A program made the position numbers and the translations under genes. This document shows, piece by piece, positions 24,656-38,760 of a stretch of DNA of 64,000 nt (its first letter is position 1; each line of letters starts with the position of its first letter). Under the pieces are notes generated by a model. It ran no database searches. It had not been told where the DNA came from and saw nothing but the letters and a program-made list of their open reading frames with translations. This DNA comes from Octopus sinensis (Eukaryota), in NCBI RefSeq assembly GCF_006345805.1, contig NC_043002.1:2976001-3040000 (forward strand), in the 5' to 3' direction.

Positions 24656-25780
24656 GGAAATGGAATTCCGATGCCATGTAGTAAATACTATGATTTCTCT
24701 CTTCATTGGAGGAAATTTCAAAACTGAAATTGGCCAAATGGAGCCACTTTGTTAGTTTATATCCTTTCAAATGGATCAGTCAACGAGACCAAGATAGAGA
24801 AATGCACAGAATAATAAAATCCTTTTGTAAAGAAGAATTTGGTTTAGTAAAAGTAGGTTTTCCATTTCATCTCTTGGTATTATTGTTATTAATCCATGTG
24901 AAGAGAACTCTTCTCATTGCCAAAATATTCCAACACAAGTAACCACTTCCAATTTGTTAATTCCATGCTGTTTCATTCCCCTTCTTATTCAAAACAATAA
25001 ATCAACTGGAAAGTAGTTCCCATGGTAACAGAAAACATCCTCCACAGGTTTAGAAGATTTAGCTGCTCCTCTGGATGTACAGACAGTTGGAACTTTAAGT
25101 TGGATTTTGCTGTCACACTAGCTTTTATCCTATAATCCAAAGGCATTAGGATCAAGGAAGATTTAGCAACAGATTCAGAACCTGTCCCAGGAGTATTTCA
25201 TGAAGAAATTTTAAAATTGTGTTTTTTTTTTAAATTTCCAAATGGTTTCTGCGACAACATCAACAGAGAGGAACCAGACTTAAATCCAGAAATCTTGTCT
25301 CCTGTTGACTCTTATTTACTCCAGATTTCTTCGTCAAGATCTGAAATAAGGGATGCCAGGGAATTTATTTCATCAACCAATCAGGTTAAAATGTAACATT
25401 CGGAACAGTTTACTTTTTGTGTCCAATTTCTAAAGATTTAAAACCAATTTGCAATGAAAACTAAATGAATCCCATTAATCTGTTCTAAATATTATAAGCA
25501 TTCAAATATACCTCAATAAATGATTATAGTAAGAATTTAAAAACCATGAAATTTAACAGACCACAACTCTAAACTTCAGAAAATTCAAAAAAGCCTCCAT
25601 TGGAACATTAATATTTGCAGAGAAACACTAAAAATCTCTCGCATAAATAAGCAGAAATGTGGAGGGGGGGGGGGCAATTTACAAAAACAGAAATTATGTA
25701 TAATCAATACTTTACTAGTATTGTGTATCAATTATACATACACACACACACATATATATATAGTGTGTGTGTGTGTGTGT

Positions 25781-26135
25781 GGAGGCACAGTGCTTCAGTG
25801 GTTAAGGCAGCAGACTCGTAGGATCATGGTTTTGGTTCCCAGACTGGCTGTTGTGACTGTTTACTGAGCGAAAACACCTAAAGCCCCATGAAGGGGAGGG
25901 GGGTCTGCACTCTTTCACCACAACTTTTCTCTCACTCTTTCTTCCTATTTCTGTTGTACCTGTATTTCAAAGGGCCAGCCTTGCCACACTCGTCACGCTG
26001 AATCTCCCCTAAGAACTACATTATGGGTACATGTGTCTGTGGAGTGCTCAGCCACTTGCACATTAATTTCACGACCAGGCTGTTCCACTGAGCGGATCAA
26101 CTGGAGCCCTCGTCATCATAGCCGACAGAGTGCCA
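25781..26135 (+). mobile_element. Family E tRNA-related SINE
   Basis: Head ggaggcacagtgcttcagtggttaagg; 3' half tcaaagggccagcc...cagccacttgcacattaatttcacg shared in reverse with 54450-54745. Confidence 0.7.
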
Positions 26136-26841
26136 CCACAAATATATATATATATATATATCCATTATAAAGAAAAATTTCAAAATATTGTAATAAGGTT
26201 TTGGAAATAACAGAAATGAAGCCAAGAATTTTGTTAATAAATCTAAACTAGTTTACAACTACAACAAACAGCTACAGCATATAATCCTTTTTTTTTTTTG
26301 ACTACCAAAAGACTTGCAGATATACCATATTTCTGGCGCCTTTGATCCTGGCCTAGAAAAATGCAATATCACTTTTGCTTTATAATTACATCAACAATGG
26401 ATAATTACCAGCTTTTCCTTCCTTCTATTATTAAACTGACTTATTAAGTTAAAACTAACTTATTTAAATTACTAAATAAAAGTCATTAATAACACATTAA
26501 ATGGAATGTCAGACAAATGTTCCAAATCATTTGAGAATATCAGGTTTGTGTCAAAGAGTAAAGAAGTGGTACAAAATAATGGACACACAAAGCCAATACT
26601 TTCAAACAACATAAAATTAATTCAGTTTTCCCCGTTTAAAACTAATTTTATGCATCACAATTTAAATACAAACTCAATACCAAAGAAGAAAAAAAAAGAG
26701 TTACAAAGTCACCAGTGCAAACATCTTTACACTTTCTTACCAACACAATCTTTTATACTATTTTCTATAATTAAAAATAAACTTTATGAAAATGCATTAA
26801 CCACAAACCCCAACCCTTAGTAATAATAATGATGATGACTA

Positions 26842-27018
26842 TTTCAAATTTTGGCACAAGGCCAGTATATTTGTGGGAAGGGAGTAGTCAATTACATGAA
26901 TTCTAGTACTTAACAGGTACTTTATTGACCCCAGAGAAGATGAAAGGTAAAAGCAAGCATGGATGAAATGTGGCTCAGCATTTTGCCTGAGGCAGTAACC
27001 ATTCTGCCGGCTCACCAT
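26842..27018 (-). mobile_element. Family A SINE, degenerate
   Basis: aaattttggcacaaggccag...gatgaaaggtaaa...attctgccggctcacc. Confidence 0.7.
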
Positions 27019-27339
27019 CCCAAATAATAAGAATAATAATAATATTTTATTTCATTTTTGATTGAATGAGTTTAACTAAAATTGTGTGATAGCAGAACAA
27101 GGGGAGGCATCAGCCAAGAAACAAGGAAGTTTGTTGACTAATTCAAAGATATGGTAAAAGAATTATCTTCATTTAGGATTTTTTGTTTAGAATTAGAAAG
27201 AAATGTTTTCTCCTGCATCAGTGGAGCTGCCACATCTCTTTTTTTGTTTCCAAACAAAACAAGTGAGAGTCCAGAAATTTTAGCTCCAATCTGAATTCCT
27301 TCTCAAAATCTTGCAAACACACACACACCTTGACACAGA

Positions 27340-27738
27340 TCCTCAACTTGCAATGTAGCCACAGGTAGACCATTGTAGCATATTGTACACCAGCTTTCTG
27401 TCCCTGATATGGTAGCATGTCAGAGCTGCCCATTCCTTAATATTATCCACCCATCCTATCCTCTGTCCACTTCAGTTCTCTTTCCATGGTTCCTTGAAGA
27501 ATTATTTCTGCAAGACCACAGGATCTTGTTATGTGACCCTACCACCTCAGCTTTCTCTTTCTTATCCTGTTAAGAGAAACTCTTCACAACAGCCAACGTT
27601 GGATAATTTGAGGAACCTTATCATCTCTGATCTAGTCTAGGGACAAGATGTGCCAAAGTGCTGCAATAAACGGCTTATTTGCAGTGTTTGCATCATCCTC
27701 TTAATGTCTGCAGCCAGAGTCCTTGCGCCAGAGGGAGA

Positions 27739-27777
<39 letters not shown>

Positions 27778-27915
27778 CCAGTGGATGCAGGAATCTGAGT
27801 ACGTGTCCCATGATGATACTCCTGCCTCTCCGTACTAACTGGAGTTCTTCATATAACCACTGTCTTTCTGTCTGTGCCATTCTACTAAGGGTTTCACACC
27901 TTGATTCTTCACCAG
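27340..27915 (-). mobile_element. RTE-clade LINE 3' fragment interrupted by (GA)n
   Basis: RIRKRKLRW*GHITRSCGLAEIILQGT...GQRIGWVDNIKEWA is a typical RTE ORF2 C-terminus. Confidence 0.8.
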
Positions 27916-27919
27916 GAAT

Positions 27920-28127
27920 GGCAGCAAGTTGGTAGAATTGTTAGGATGGCAGGCAAAATACTTAACATTTTGTCCATCCTAATGTTCTGAGTTCAAATTC
28001 TGCTGAGGTCGACTTTGCCTTTCATTCTTTTGGGGGTCAATGAAATACATACCAGCTGAGCACTGGAGTCAATGCCATTGACTTAGCCCTACCCTCAAAC
28101 TTGCTGGCCTTGTGCTAAAATTGGAAA
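27920..28127 (+). mobile_element. Family A SINE
   Basis: ggcagcaagttggtagaattgttagg...gttctgagttcaaattctgctgaggtcgactttgcc. Confidence 0.8.
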
Positions 28128-29749
28128 CTATCATCATTACCACCAGGCATTTGAATTGCTGCCCTATCTCTAGGCTCTGTCCATGTACATGGATATTGGT
28201 TCAGATAGTACCATTGGCATTTATCAAGAGTTTGGTGTTTGCAGCCCTGAATTCCCACCCACCCCAACTTGGAAGCTCGACCAATCAATTCTCCTTCCCG
28301 ACCCACCAATCAATTAACGTCATCAATAAACCCCAAAAATTTGTAACATTCTTTCCTCTGGTGCTGATGGCACCCACAAGGGGCTCATGAACATCTCTCT
28401 GGGAAGTCATTGAAGAGAACGGTTGGGGGAACATAGCACGCACAAATGCCTTCTAGTCATTAAACCCTGTTTACAAGCCATATTTCCCCCGTGGCAGAAT
28501 ATGTTTTCATTGAAAATAGGAAACTGGAACCACTCGTATGACAGTGACACTCGTCTACAGCTATCATGTGAAAGGGAGACACAGATATATATATTTACGT
28601 GTGTGTGTGTCACTTTCTATTAAATCCATTCACAAGACTTTGGTTGGCTCGAGTTGTAAAAGAAGATACTTGCCCAAGGTGCCATACAGTCAGACTGGAT
28701 GCAAAACCAGATGGTTTGGGAAATAGGAGTTCTTTAACACACACACACACACACACACTGACATTCCACACCAATATGTGCACATCACCTGCAGCCATTG
28801 AGCTGTGTAGTTAAGGAATTCTCTCTGCAATCACCTGCTGATTCCAGGTTGAGTGTGTAGCACCAAATGCAAACATCCAAGACCACAACCTGACATCGAC
28901 AGATGACTCGTTAGAAACTGGCTGGAAGCCTGTCGTGCAGGTGTGTGTGTGTGTGAAAGTCAGGTAGGGTTTGTACTTATGCCCCAGCATGGTCACAGTT
29001 AATCCCAAAACAACACCAAGTAGTAATCATCAGTTTAGAAAAAAAGAAAGAAACTACAGAGTCACTAAACCTGCTAGAAATAGCACCCAAATTTCCCTCA
29101 AATAACAAACCCCTTTTAAATTAGAATGGACAAATGGCTGAAAAGGAACAGAGTGGATCATCATTGGAATATTTTTGATCAGCAGAACCTGTAGAACTCC
29201 ATGAAGACAATGGTAGGAGATGCATCAGGTTATCACACAAGATGAAATATATAAAACGAAACAAAAATTCTACAAACATTACAACATTCGTCGTTCATTT
29301 GTAAAAGAAGAATCCGAAAATAATGAAATTATTTATGAATCATCAAATAAGAAACTCGATACTGCAGGAGGCAAATTAAAGACAGTCTTTTTTTATCCAT
29401 GAAGAAAACGGTAAATACAGAAGAGAACTTTACCAGAAACAGACCAAGTTACTTTGAAATTCATGTGCGTGTGTTTGTCTGTGTACACAGCATTTTGGTT
29501 TCAAATAGCCTTACAAGCTATGCACACACACATATATATATATTTATACATATCTACCTATAGATAGATAGAGAGATCCGTGTATGTGTGCTACGGTACA
29601 ACTGTAAATAAAAACATAAAACTGGCATGTGTGTGTGTGTGTGTGTGTGTTTGCACATTAAACAAGGTAATAATTAGCTGTAATTGTAACACACATTCTC
29701 TGAAATTATTCACAAAAAATTATTATTCAAAACATTAAAACATTTTCAA

Positions 29750-30240
29750 AAGTGGGGGAAAAAAGAGACGTTTTATTTTTAAATGATTCAAATTTATGAC
29801 AGAGGGGAGGGAGAGATGGAGGGGGTTAGGAGAATGAAATAGAAAATTGTTAAATACAAGATAGAAGGGAGAATAAAGATGTAGAGGAGAGGGAGAGAGA
29901 GAGGAGAAAAGATATGGCAAGAGGGGAGGAGAGAGGTGGTGGGATGACAGTGGGGGGTACCATTGAGGGTAGTAGGGAGGGGAGAGAGATAACAAGAGGG
30001 AGGAGTGAAGATGGTAGTAAGGAAGGAGGTGGAGAGAGATAGCAATAGTGGGGGAGAGGGAGAACAGCAAAGGTGGGAGGGAGAGTGGTGGCAAGAGTTG
30101 CTATATATAAATAGGTGTTGTGGAGAGAGAGAGAGAGACAGCGGGAGGTAAGGGAAGGAGAAAGAGTGAGGGGGAATGAGAAGAGGGAGAGAGGTATAGT
30201 GGAGACAAAGAGAATGAGAGAGGGAGTATATGTGAGTCAT

Positions 30241-30284
<44 letters not shown>

Positions 30285-30300
30285 TAGTTTGAGTTTGAAC
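29750..30300. repeat. Polypurine (GA-rich) low-complexity tract
   Basis: Direct inspection. Confidence 0.85.
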
Positions 30301-30714
30301 CCCGAGTAAATGTGAAAGAGGTTTTTGTGCCAGCATCAATCAAATGGAGGCAGAAGAGTAAATTCCTATTTGTAATGTAAACAGTAAAAAGGGGAAGCTT
30401 GGAGAAGTGAGGATGTTTGCAACGTTTGGTGTTGATAAAAACTAAAACGGATTAAGAGCTGCGAGTGTGGAAGTGGGGGGGGGAGCCGGGTTTAGAGTAA
30501 AAATGCTCACTGAAGAAATGAGAGGACACCATCGTTCCGTTAATTACAGGTTAATTACTCTACCAGTCTGTCACCAGATTTTCATTAAAACCCACTGCCT
30601 AAGGGTTTCAATTACAAAACAAAGAAAGAATTTGAGGAAATTTAGTTAAATGACATCAACAACAACATCATCATTATCATTATTATTATTATTCTGGTGC
30701 ATGCTAATATAGTT

Positions 30715-30950
30715 AGCAGGTATTCTATCTTGAAGTTTGGTGACAAGTCTCCTCAAATCTCAAGAATCTTCCTTAAGATTCTTGCAGAATAGAGAGGAAG
30801 GTGCCGCAGGTCAACAACAAGAGCCTCAATTCCCATCTCTTTCGATCTTTGAGGTAGCATTTTTGGGTGTTGTGCCACGTGCACCAATTGCTACAGGGAA
30901 TAATTGCTGTCTTGGTCTTCGACAGTCTCCTCAGTTCTCTGTCTCGGTAC
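30715..30950 (-). mobile_element. Degenerate R2-superfamily RLE C-terminal fragment
   Basis: RELRRLSKTKTAIIP/VAIGARGTTPK...LYSARILRKILEI*, homologous to the 460-720 peptide. An (AAT)n tail follows near 30670-30695. Confidence 0.65.
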
Positions 30951-33900
30951 CATTATTTTTTTTTTTTATTTTAATTTCTTTCATATCAACTCTGCAGTCC
31001 TAGGGAATGGCCTTGCACTCTTTGGTCCTCTATGGTCATAGTCAGTCTTCATACTTCAATAGTTATTATTATTATTATTATTACCATTGTTATTCAGAAT
31101 CTAAACCTATCAAAGTATTTCTATGGAATTAAATGAAGTGGTTTTATATAATCAAAAGGATTAAACGGGTAACAGAACACCAAACCTATCCCTGGCCTTT
31201 GCCGAATATAAATTCATTGGACATGAGAAAAGATTGAGGGGTAAATGAGGTGTATTTGCCCAGAATTCAAGCAAAGCCCTTGAAAAAGGTTCTGATCACT
31301 GGTTGGTGGTGTCACAATAAAGCAGAGACTTGGTTCATTTCCGTGGACGGAGGATTGGAATTAAAGTTTGAGAAAATAATCTTCACTTCAAATATTTTGA
31401 TCTTTGACAACTTCCTCTGCAATTATGCCAAAGAGAATCAAGCTTCTACGGGGAAGAATTTTTTGTGTTATTAGTGAAAACTATGAATCTCGTACAAGAG
31501 ATTTCCAGATTAGTCATCACCTGTTGGGGTTTTACAACAGTTGAATTCTTAGATATTCCATAATAACCAGGAAGGCAGGTAAGGAACTTTGATTTCCACC
31601 CACACTACATGGAATTTACTCATTTCTGCAAAGACATTTAAAAAAAAGACAGAAAAACACCTCCATTCTCCTCTCCCTCTCTCTCCCTCCTAAGACAGGA
31701 AATAAAACAAAAGGGAAAAAAAAAAACATGAAACATAAAAACAAGAGAACAAGGTTTAGAAAGAAAGACAAGTAAACTTGGTTAATGGAAAAAACAAATG
31801 GCAGCACCTAGATTTGAAGATATTCAGAAAGACCAACTTTCAGGTTTTCTAAATATATTATTTATTAGAAAATGAAGTTTCACAAGGTGTTCCTCCAAGT
31901 TTCACCTTGCCAATCTTGGAACAATTCTACTGGCAAGGTGAAACTCAGAAGTAACAATTTGTGAAGTTTCAGCTTCTAATAAATAATATATTACTATTTG
32001 TTTAGATTGAGTAATTCCTTCCTCTGGCTTCTTTCTATACACAAATGTGTGCATGTATACATATATATGCATATATATATACATATACATATATATATAT
32101 GTGTATGTATGTGGGTTTTTCCACCACCCATTTTTCCCCTATCATAAATTAGAGTTGGCAAAGTGGTTATGAGTTGTGGGGGAAAATGAGTAAGTTTGTT
32201 TGTTTTTTTTTTTCTTCACAAAAAGGTAGCATTATCAGAAATGTGTGGAGTACCTGCACAAGTGTTCCTAGAACTGAAATGTGATAATAAATCAGCTTAT
32301 TTGGAAGTGAAATATCCATCAGAGCTGACCTGCAAAAGCTAGTATCACAGAAAAAGCCCCGGAGGATTAGCTGGTCAGACTTTTTTATGTTCCCAGCTTG
32401 TTTCTGAGGACCAATCAATTCCGGGATTGCTCATTCTCTGGAGAATAGCAAAAAAAATAAAAAAAAAAAAAAGAAATAAAGCAATGTTATATATATAAAG
32501 ACAAGCAAAGTGTCGAAATGGTATATAAACACAAGCTCATACAGTGCACTGTGGTTCTCACAATAGCAGCAGGATGTCTTGACACCATTCCCTCACTTTG
32601 CCACTCCACAGATTATTGCCACTGACCAGCAGACAGGTACCTCATCATCAGTACAACTAACAACATGATACTGAATCTTTCGGTGTGTATGGGTGTGTCG
32701 GTACCTTCACTCGGTCAGTTTTTCAAGTTATATTCTGTGAAATGGCAAAGTGACATAATGGTGAAAGAACTTCATGCCAAAGGACCAAACATTCGAGTCC
32801 AAAAAGACTCTCCTTTGACAAGTTGCTCTTCCAACATTTTGCCACTTCAACATTTCATAAGAAATAACACTCTGTCCATTTAATCAGAGAATCTGTCGTG
32901 ATTTCGTCAGAAGAGGAAGTAAATTAAGATTACATTGGGTGCAGACGTTCTCTTTTCTTTTCTTTTTTTAAACAGGTTTACATATAAAAGCACGACAGTT
33001 AAGGTATTCAGTATGGCTAAGTCACTAAATTTTAAACTAATCCTTAGAGGTTTATGAATAATGATTTAAAAGACTAATGACAAAAAAGAAAAAAAAACAA
33101 TAAATGACTTTAACCCTTCCATCGGTAATGATACCAACAGAACTGAAACATAAGAGAAAAAAATAGGAAAGGAGGGGGGAAAAAAATAAAAAAAAGAAAT
33201 TTGCAACTTTCTGACTGCAGTCTAAGAGAACACCTGACTTCATTCCTTTTCAGCATCAACATGGCACCGAAACTGGATCGGAATTTCCAAAGTAACAACA
33301 TTGAAAACAAACAACGATCATGGATTGACACGGGAAAGAAAGAAGTCAAAAAGGAATGGCAAAGTCAGAAAGCTTGGGAATAAGTGTGTGTGTGTGTGTG
33401 TGTGGATACTATATATGCATTCATATATAACTGTGCACACATATATATACAAACACAACTATGCATTTGTGTGTGTGTGTGTGTACATATATATGTATAT
33501 ATATACACACACACATGCACATATACAAACACGCTTGGTTACATATGTCTATACATACACATCTTTATTTAAACACACATACACAATCACAGAAATTTAT
33601 CAATACACACACACACCGTTGCTATTATGTTAGAGTGTGGTGTGTCCAAATTTGGCCAAATGCATTTTTTTTTTCTTTTTCAATACTTATTTTTGGTTGC
33701 AATAGCCGGTCCTTTTGGTCAAACTATCGTATCTCCTGCTGCTTCAGATGCCAAGATATCAAAAACTGTCAAAGTGTAGTAGAATGGTTTTGCTATGGAA
33801 TGGTGAAACTATTTTTTCCTTTTCTGAAAAAGCTACGTTTTGGACTAATGACACTTTAGCATAATAGCAACGATATATATATATATATATATATATAGAC

Positions 33901-33985
33901 ATACACAAATCAATATATATACTAACAAATATATGTATACACAAACATATACACACACACACACTCACAAATACATATACATTTA

Positions 33986-34029
<44 letters not shown>

Positions 34030-34190
34030 CACACACACATGTTGCTATATACTTATGCACATACACAAATATATATATATGCATTCTGTACATACATATA
34101 TATACTTATCTATATAGCCATGCATACATACCTATATCCATACCTACATACAAAGCCCATATCCATATGTACACATCTATACACATATAT

Positions 34191-34765
34191 ATTTCTTTAC
34201 TACCCACAAGGAGCTAAACACAGAAAGGACAGACAAACGGGTTAAGTCGATTACATCGACCCCAGTGCGTAACTGGTACTTAATTTACCGACCATGCTGA
34301 CATGGGTTGGACAGGTCATCACAGTCAGAGAAACCACCCATGGTGAGCTCCACCTGACAAAGACTAAGCACTCGCACATATCATTTGGCTTCACTTCTAT
34401 GGATTGATGATGGCTGTCCACTCGTAACCGAGGAAGACCATCACTGACCATTGCCCATGTAAAATGCCTGCAATGCCCAAGCATAAGGTCATTGCACCAG
34501 CAGTTGGTTTCATCTGGGTTCATGTCCACTGCTTCCAGGCACACTGTGACACCCTCCAACTCAACTAGGCATCAGATGGTTGCCGTGCCGGTGATTGCAC
34601 AACACCTCACAGACCCTCTCCCACCCTGCTGGAATGACCCTGGGATAATTCAGGGCAAGATATCCAATGCCAACAAGGATGGTAAACTCAGCAATACAGG
34701 AGCATCGTGACCTCAAGAGCAAGCAAAAGGTCACCAAAATACTCAATGCCATTCCCTGCACACAC
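34191..34765 (-). mobile_element. Family A SINE 3' part (34191-34290) joined to an unclassified, probably LINE-derived fragment
   Basis: SINE tail identical in layout to 6951-7060. The adjacent high-complexity segment begins with the family D-like catgggttggacagg motif. Confidence 0.45.
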
Positions 34766-35624
34766 ACACACACAAATTATATCACACACACACACTTGTG
34801 TTATCTTGATATACATATACCTAAATATACACAAGGGAGCAGGCATAACAAACACAAACAATATATTATAATACAGTTATACATACACAAATGCACATCT
34901 ACTTATATATATATATATATATATATATACCTAAATATACACAAGGGAGCAGGCATAACAAACACAAACAATATATTATAATACAGTTATACATACACAA
35001 ATGCACATCTACTTATATATATATATATATATATGCATATAATCAGAAAGGCGTGTACATATATCTACATTATATATAATACAAACATGTATATTATATA
35101 TACGTGTGTGTATATATATATATACACACAAATATATATATACACACACACACACACACAAAAAAAAATACATATATACAAACACTAATATTATAGATGT
35201 ATTAACAAATATATACACATACCAACATATTTATACATTTAAGTATATATATATATATACACATCAATATATATATATATATATATATATATGATTATAT
35301 ATGTGCATATATAGTGTAGGTGTGTATGTGTGTGTATATGGACACACCTGTGCGTGTGTGTGTGGTGTGTTGTGTGTGTGTGTGTGTGTGTGTGGTGAGT
35401 GAGTTTGTGCGTACACACATACACACACACATGTAGATACCGGTGAAAGGGTTAATAGCTACAACATAAACTAACATTTGAAATATCAAGTCTTTACATT
35501 AGAAGTTCTTATGATCATCAACAAATGTAGTTGAAAAGATATTAAAGGGAAATCGAGAAGATCATTAAGTCGAGTTGTCAGTCATAAACAAGAATGAAAA
35601 GAGATGACTCATCAAGGTACTTAC

Positions 35625-36386
35625 CAGGTGGGAAAAGTTGCATATTGAAAACCTGTGCAAGGGCAGCCTGGGCAGCCCTTGCTTTTGCTTGCTTCTTATT
35701 GCGGCCAGTACCTTCAAAATCAATGCCATCCACTGTAATCTGCATCACAAATGTTTTCGTATGGCTCTCACCTGATTCAGAAACAAATTCATACTTTGAG
35801 CCTGGCCTTAACTCGTTCAAAATCATCACAGGGTTTTTACCTGCAGGCTGGGGTGTTAATGTAGCTTTCTGGTTTGTATGCGAGCCATTGGCTTTGGAAA
35901 CCCCTTGTGCTACTTCGTTATTCTCCCCTTCAATTTTGTCTTCAAAATCATTGATAAAAGTACCGATATCTGCCGTATCTGATGTAAAATCTAACGAATT
36001 CACTTTTTTGCCCATCGCCTGGTAAGCTTCGGATGCATTACGGAACTGAACAAAAGATCTCAGAGCTTTCTCAGCAGCCTGAAGTTTGGCTTTCTTTTTG
36101 GTTGGACCGGCTCCTTCAAAGATTTCGCCATTCACCTCCACTTTCATGTTAAATGTCGGAGCATGAACGGGTCCAGTTTGACCCATTAATTGAAATTCCA
36201 AACCCGGTTTAATTTCATTGAGTTGCATTAATGCATTCTTGGGAAGGGTAGGACCATGAGCTTTCTTTTTTTTGTTTGATGGACGACCATTTTCACCATT
36301 CCAAGGAAACGAGCGCTTCTGGGCTGACATTTCTCCTTTGCCGTCTTTATTCTCACCCTCTTCAGATTTCACATCTTGTTCACCGT
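35625..36386 (-). CDS. ADAR2: ADAR2 (dsRNA-specific adenosine deaminase, ADARB1 family) internal exon encoding NLS-like basic segment, dsRBD1 (about 36043-36237) and dsRBD2 (about 35647-35835)
   Basis: Translation has [15 protein letters not shown]...GPVHAPTF...[24 protein letters not shown] and [13 protein letters not shown]...GESHTKTF...[22 protein letters not shown]. The linker [10 protein letters not shown] and DFTSD motifs match ADAR2-type proteins. Acceptor ttttcatttag|AC at 36387/36386 and donor CCTG|gtaagt at 35625/35624 give a phase 1-1 exon of 762 nt, open throughout. Confidence 0.95.
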
Positions 36387-37289
36387 CTAAATGAAAAGAA
36401 AAAAAATTATGGATTTATTTAACTCTTGTTAAAATCAGTTAAAAAGAAAAAAATCTTACAACCAATATTTTTGCAAATCACTTAAAATTCTTCTACAGAA
36501 CAAATTGTTTTTAACATTGACATAGGGCAAACTTTGCAGGGTTAGCTCACCCACCACCAGCACAAGTTTTCAACATACATGTATAGTCATTTATCATTGA
36601 GCTTTGAAGTCAGAACCTAGAGATATGTAATGAAACCACATAAGACATTTTGTGCATCACAAGAATTCTGCTGAGGAATATATCTACACAAATGTCAGGA
36701 GTTTACAGGTAAAAAACAAGGAAAAATATGATGATGTTAATACAGAATAAATTTAAAATATGAACATCATATCAGGTTAAATAAGTAAAGGAAATCAATG
36801 TAAGAAACATAATTTTTTTTTTAATTATGAATTTATTTATAAACTTAAATTTCACTAACGATAAATAAAATATTGAAGGGGAGAACAAAATCAAGAATAT
36901 TACAAAAATGGTTGGAGTTTCTTTTTTCCTCTAAATTGTTCAGTGGATAAAAACATTTATATATAACTGTGATGCCAAAATGTTCCAACCATTTTTCTGC
37001 TGTTATCAACATCAATATCCACAAGCAAACCCAAATTCTATCAAATGTTCCTTCGTTGCATAACGGAGAAATATCAAGATAATATCCATGATAAATTCCA
37101 TTAGATACCAAAGTGTTGAAATGCTCTTCCCTAAAAACCACCCATTTCAAAAGCAATGAGTGATGCGACTTCCACAGCTAACCAGAAAATAAGCAGCTGG
37201 CTTCTTTTCTTAAAGGGAACCTCTGTTGTCTACACACACCATATATTGGCAGTGCTTGAAGACAAGATTCCACTGCTTCTGGCAAACAA

Positions 37290-37324
37290 CTAACCCATAT
37301 ATATATATATATATACACACACAT

Positions 37325-37387
<63 letters not shown>

Positions 37388-37405
37388 ATAACATACTACA
37401 TACAT

Positions 37406-37465
<60 letters not shown>

Positions 37466-37482
37466 CATACATCATTATATAA

Positions 37483-37538
<56 letters not shown>

Positions 37539-37655
37539 CATACATTCTATAAATATATATATAATATATATATATATATACATACATACATACATATATA
37601 AAATATAATTATAATATATATATATATATATATATACATACATACCTATACATTA

Positions 37656-37694
<39 letters not shown>

Positions 37695-37813
37695 TACATA
37701 CATACATTATATAAATATAATATTATATAATATATATATACATACATACATACATACATTATATAATTATAATATATATATATATATATATTATACATAC
37801 ATACATACATTAT

Positions 37814-37851
<38 letters not shown>

Positions 37852-37923
37852 CATACATACATAATTATAATAATATATATATATATATATATATATACAT
37901 ACATACATACATACATTATATAA

Positions 37924-38019
<96 letters not shown>

Positions 38020-38088
38020 CATACAGAGAGAGAGGGGCAGATGCATACACACAAATATGTAAATATACATTATATGTATGTATGTATG

Positions 38089-38124
<36 letters not shown>

Positions 38125-38147
38125 TACATTATTTATATATATATATA

Positions 38148-38180
<33 letters not shown>

Positions 38181-38234
38181 TACATTATTTATATATATAT
38201 ATACACACCACATACATACACATTTTATATATAT

Positions 38235-38278
<44 letters not shown>

Positions 38279-38390
38279 ACATATATATATACATACACAT
38301 ATATACATACATATACATTATTTTATGTATATAGAGGGGTGGCAGATATATATACACACACACAAATATAGAAATATATATATATTATAT
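37290..38390. repeat. About 1.1-kb compound (TA)n/(TACA)n/(CA)n microsatellite
   Basis: Direct inspection. Confidence 0.95.
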
Positions 38391-38674
38391 AGGCACTTTA
38401 CATATAAATGCATGCACACATAGGTTAATGTAAATAGTTTAAAACACATTTCCAGACATTACTAAAGGAATCCAGCTGTGTTACGAACTTTTGAACAAGC
38501 GTGTGTGTGTGTGTGCGCGCATATGTGAGGCAGAGGCACATCTGGGTGGTTAAGGAGTTTACTTTGTAACCAAAGGGTTTGACATACACTCCCGCTCCTG
38601 GTTACCTCCAAGGCAAATGTCTTCTAATGAAAGCCTTGAATGGATTTGGTAGGCAGAAACTGAAACAAGTTTGT

Positions 38675-38760
<86 letters not shown>

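Noticed and set aside
35594-36025. 143-aa plus-strand ORF
   Set aside because: Antisense shadow of the ADAR2 exon.
36387-36460. Possible mammalian-type AA-to-AI proximal acceptor
   Set aside because: No pyrimidine tract followed by a suitably placed AA could be singled out, and no complementary partner was identified by eye.
36845-37156. 103-aa minus-strand ORF just upstream of the exon, about the size of an extra dsRBD exon
   Set aside because: No dsRBD motifs (no GPxH, no KKxAK helix) and no convincing splice sites.
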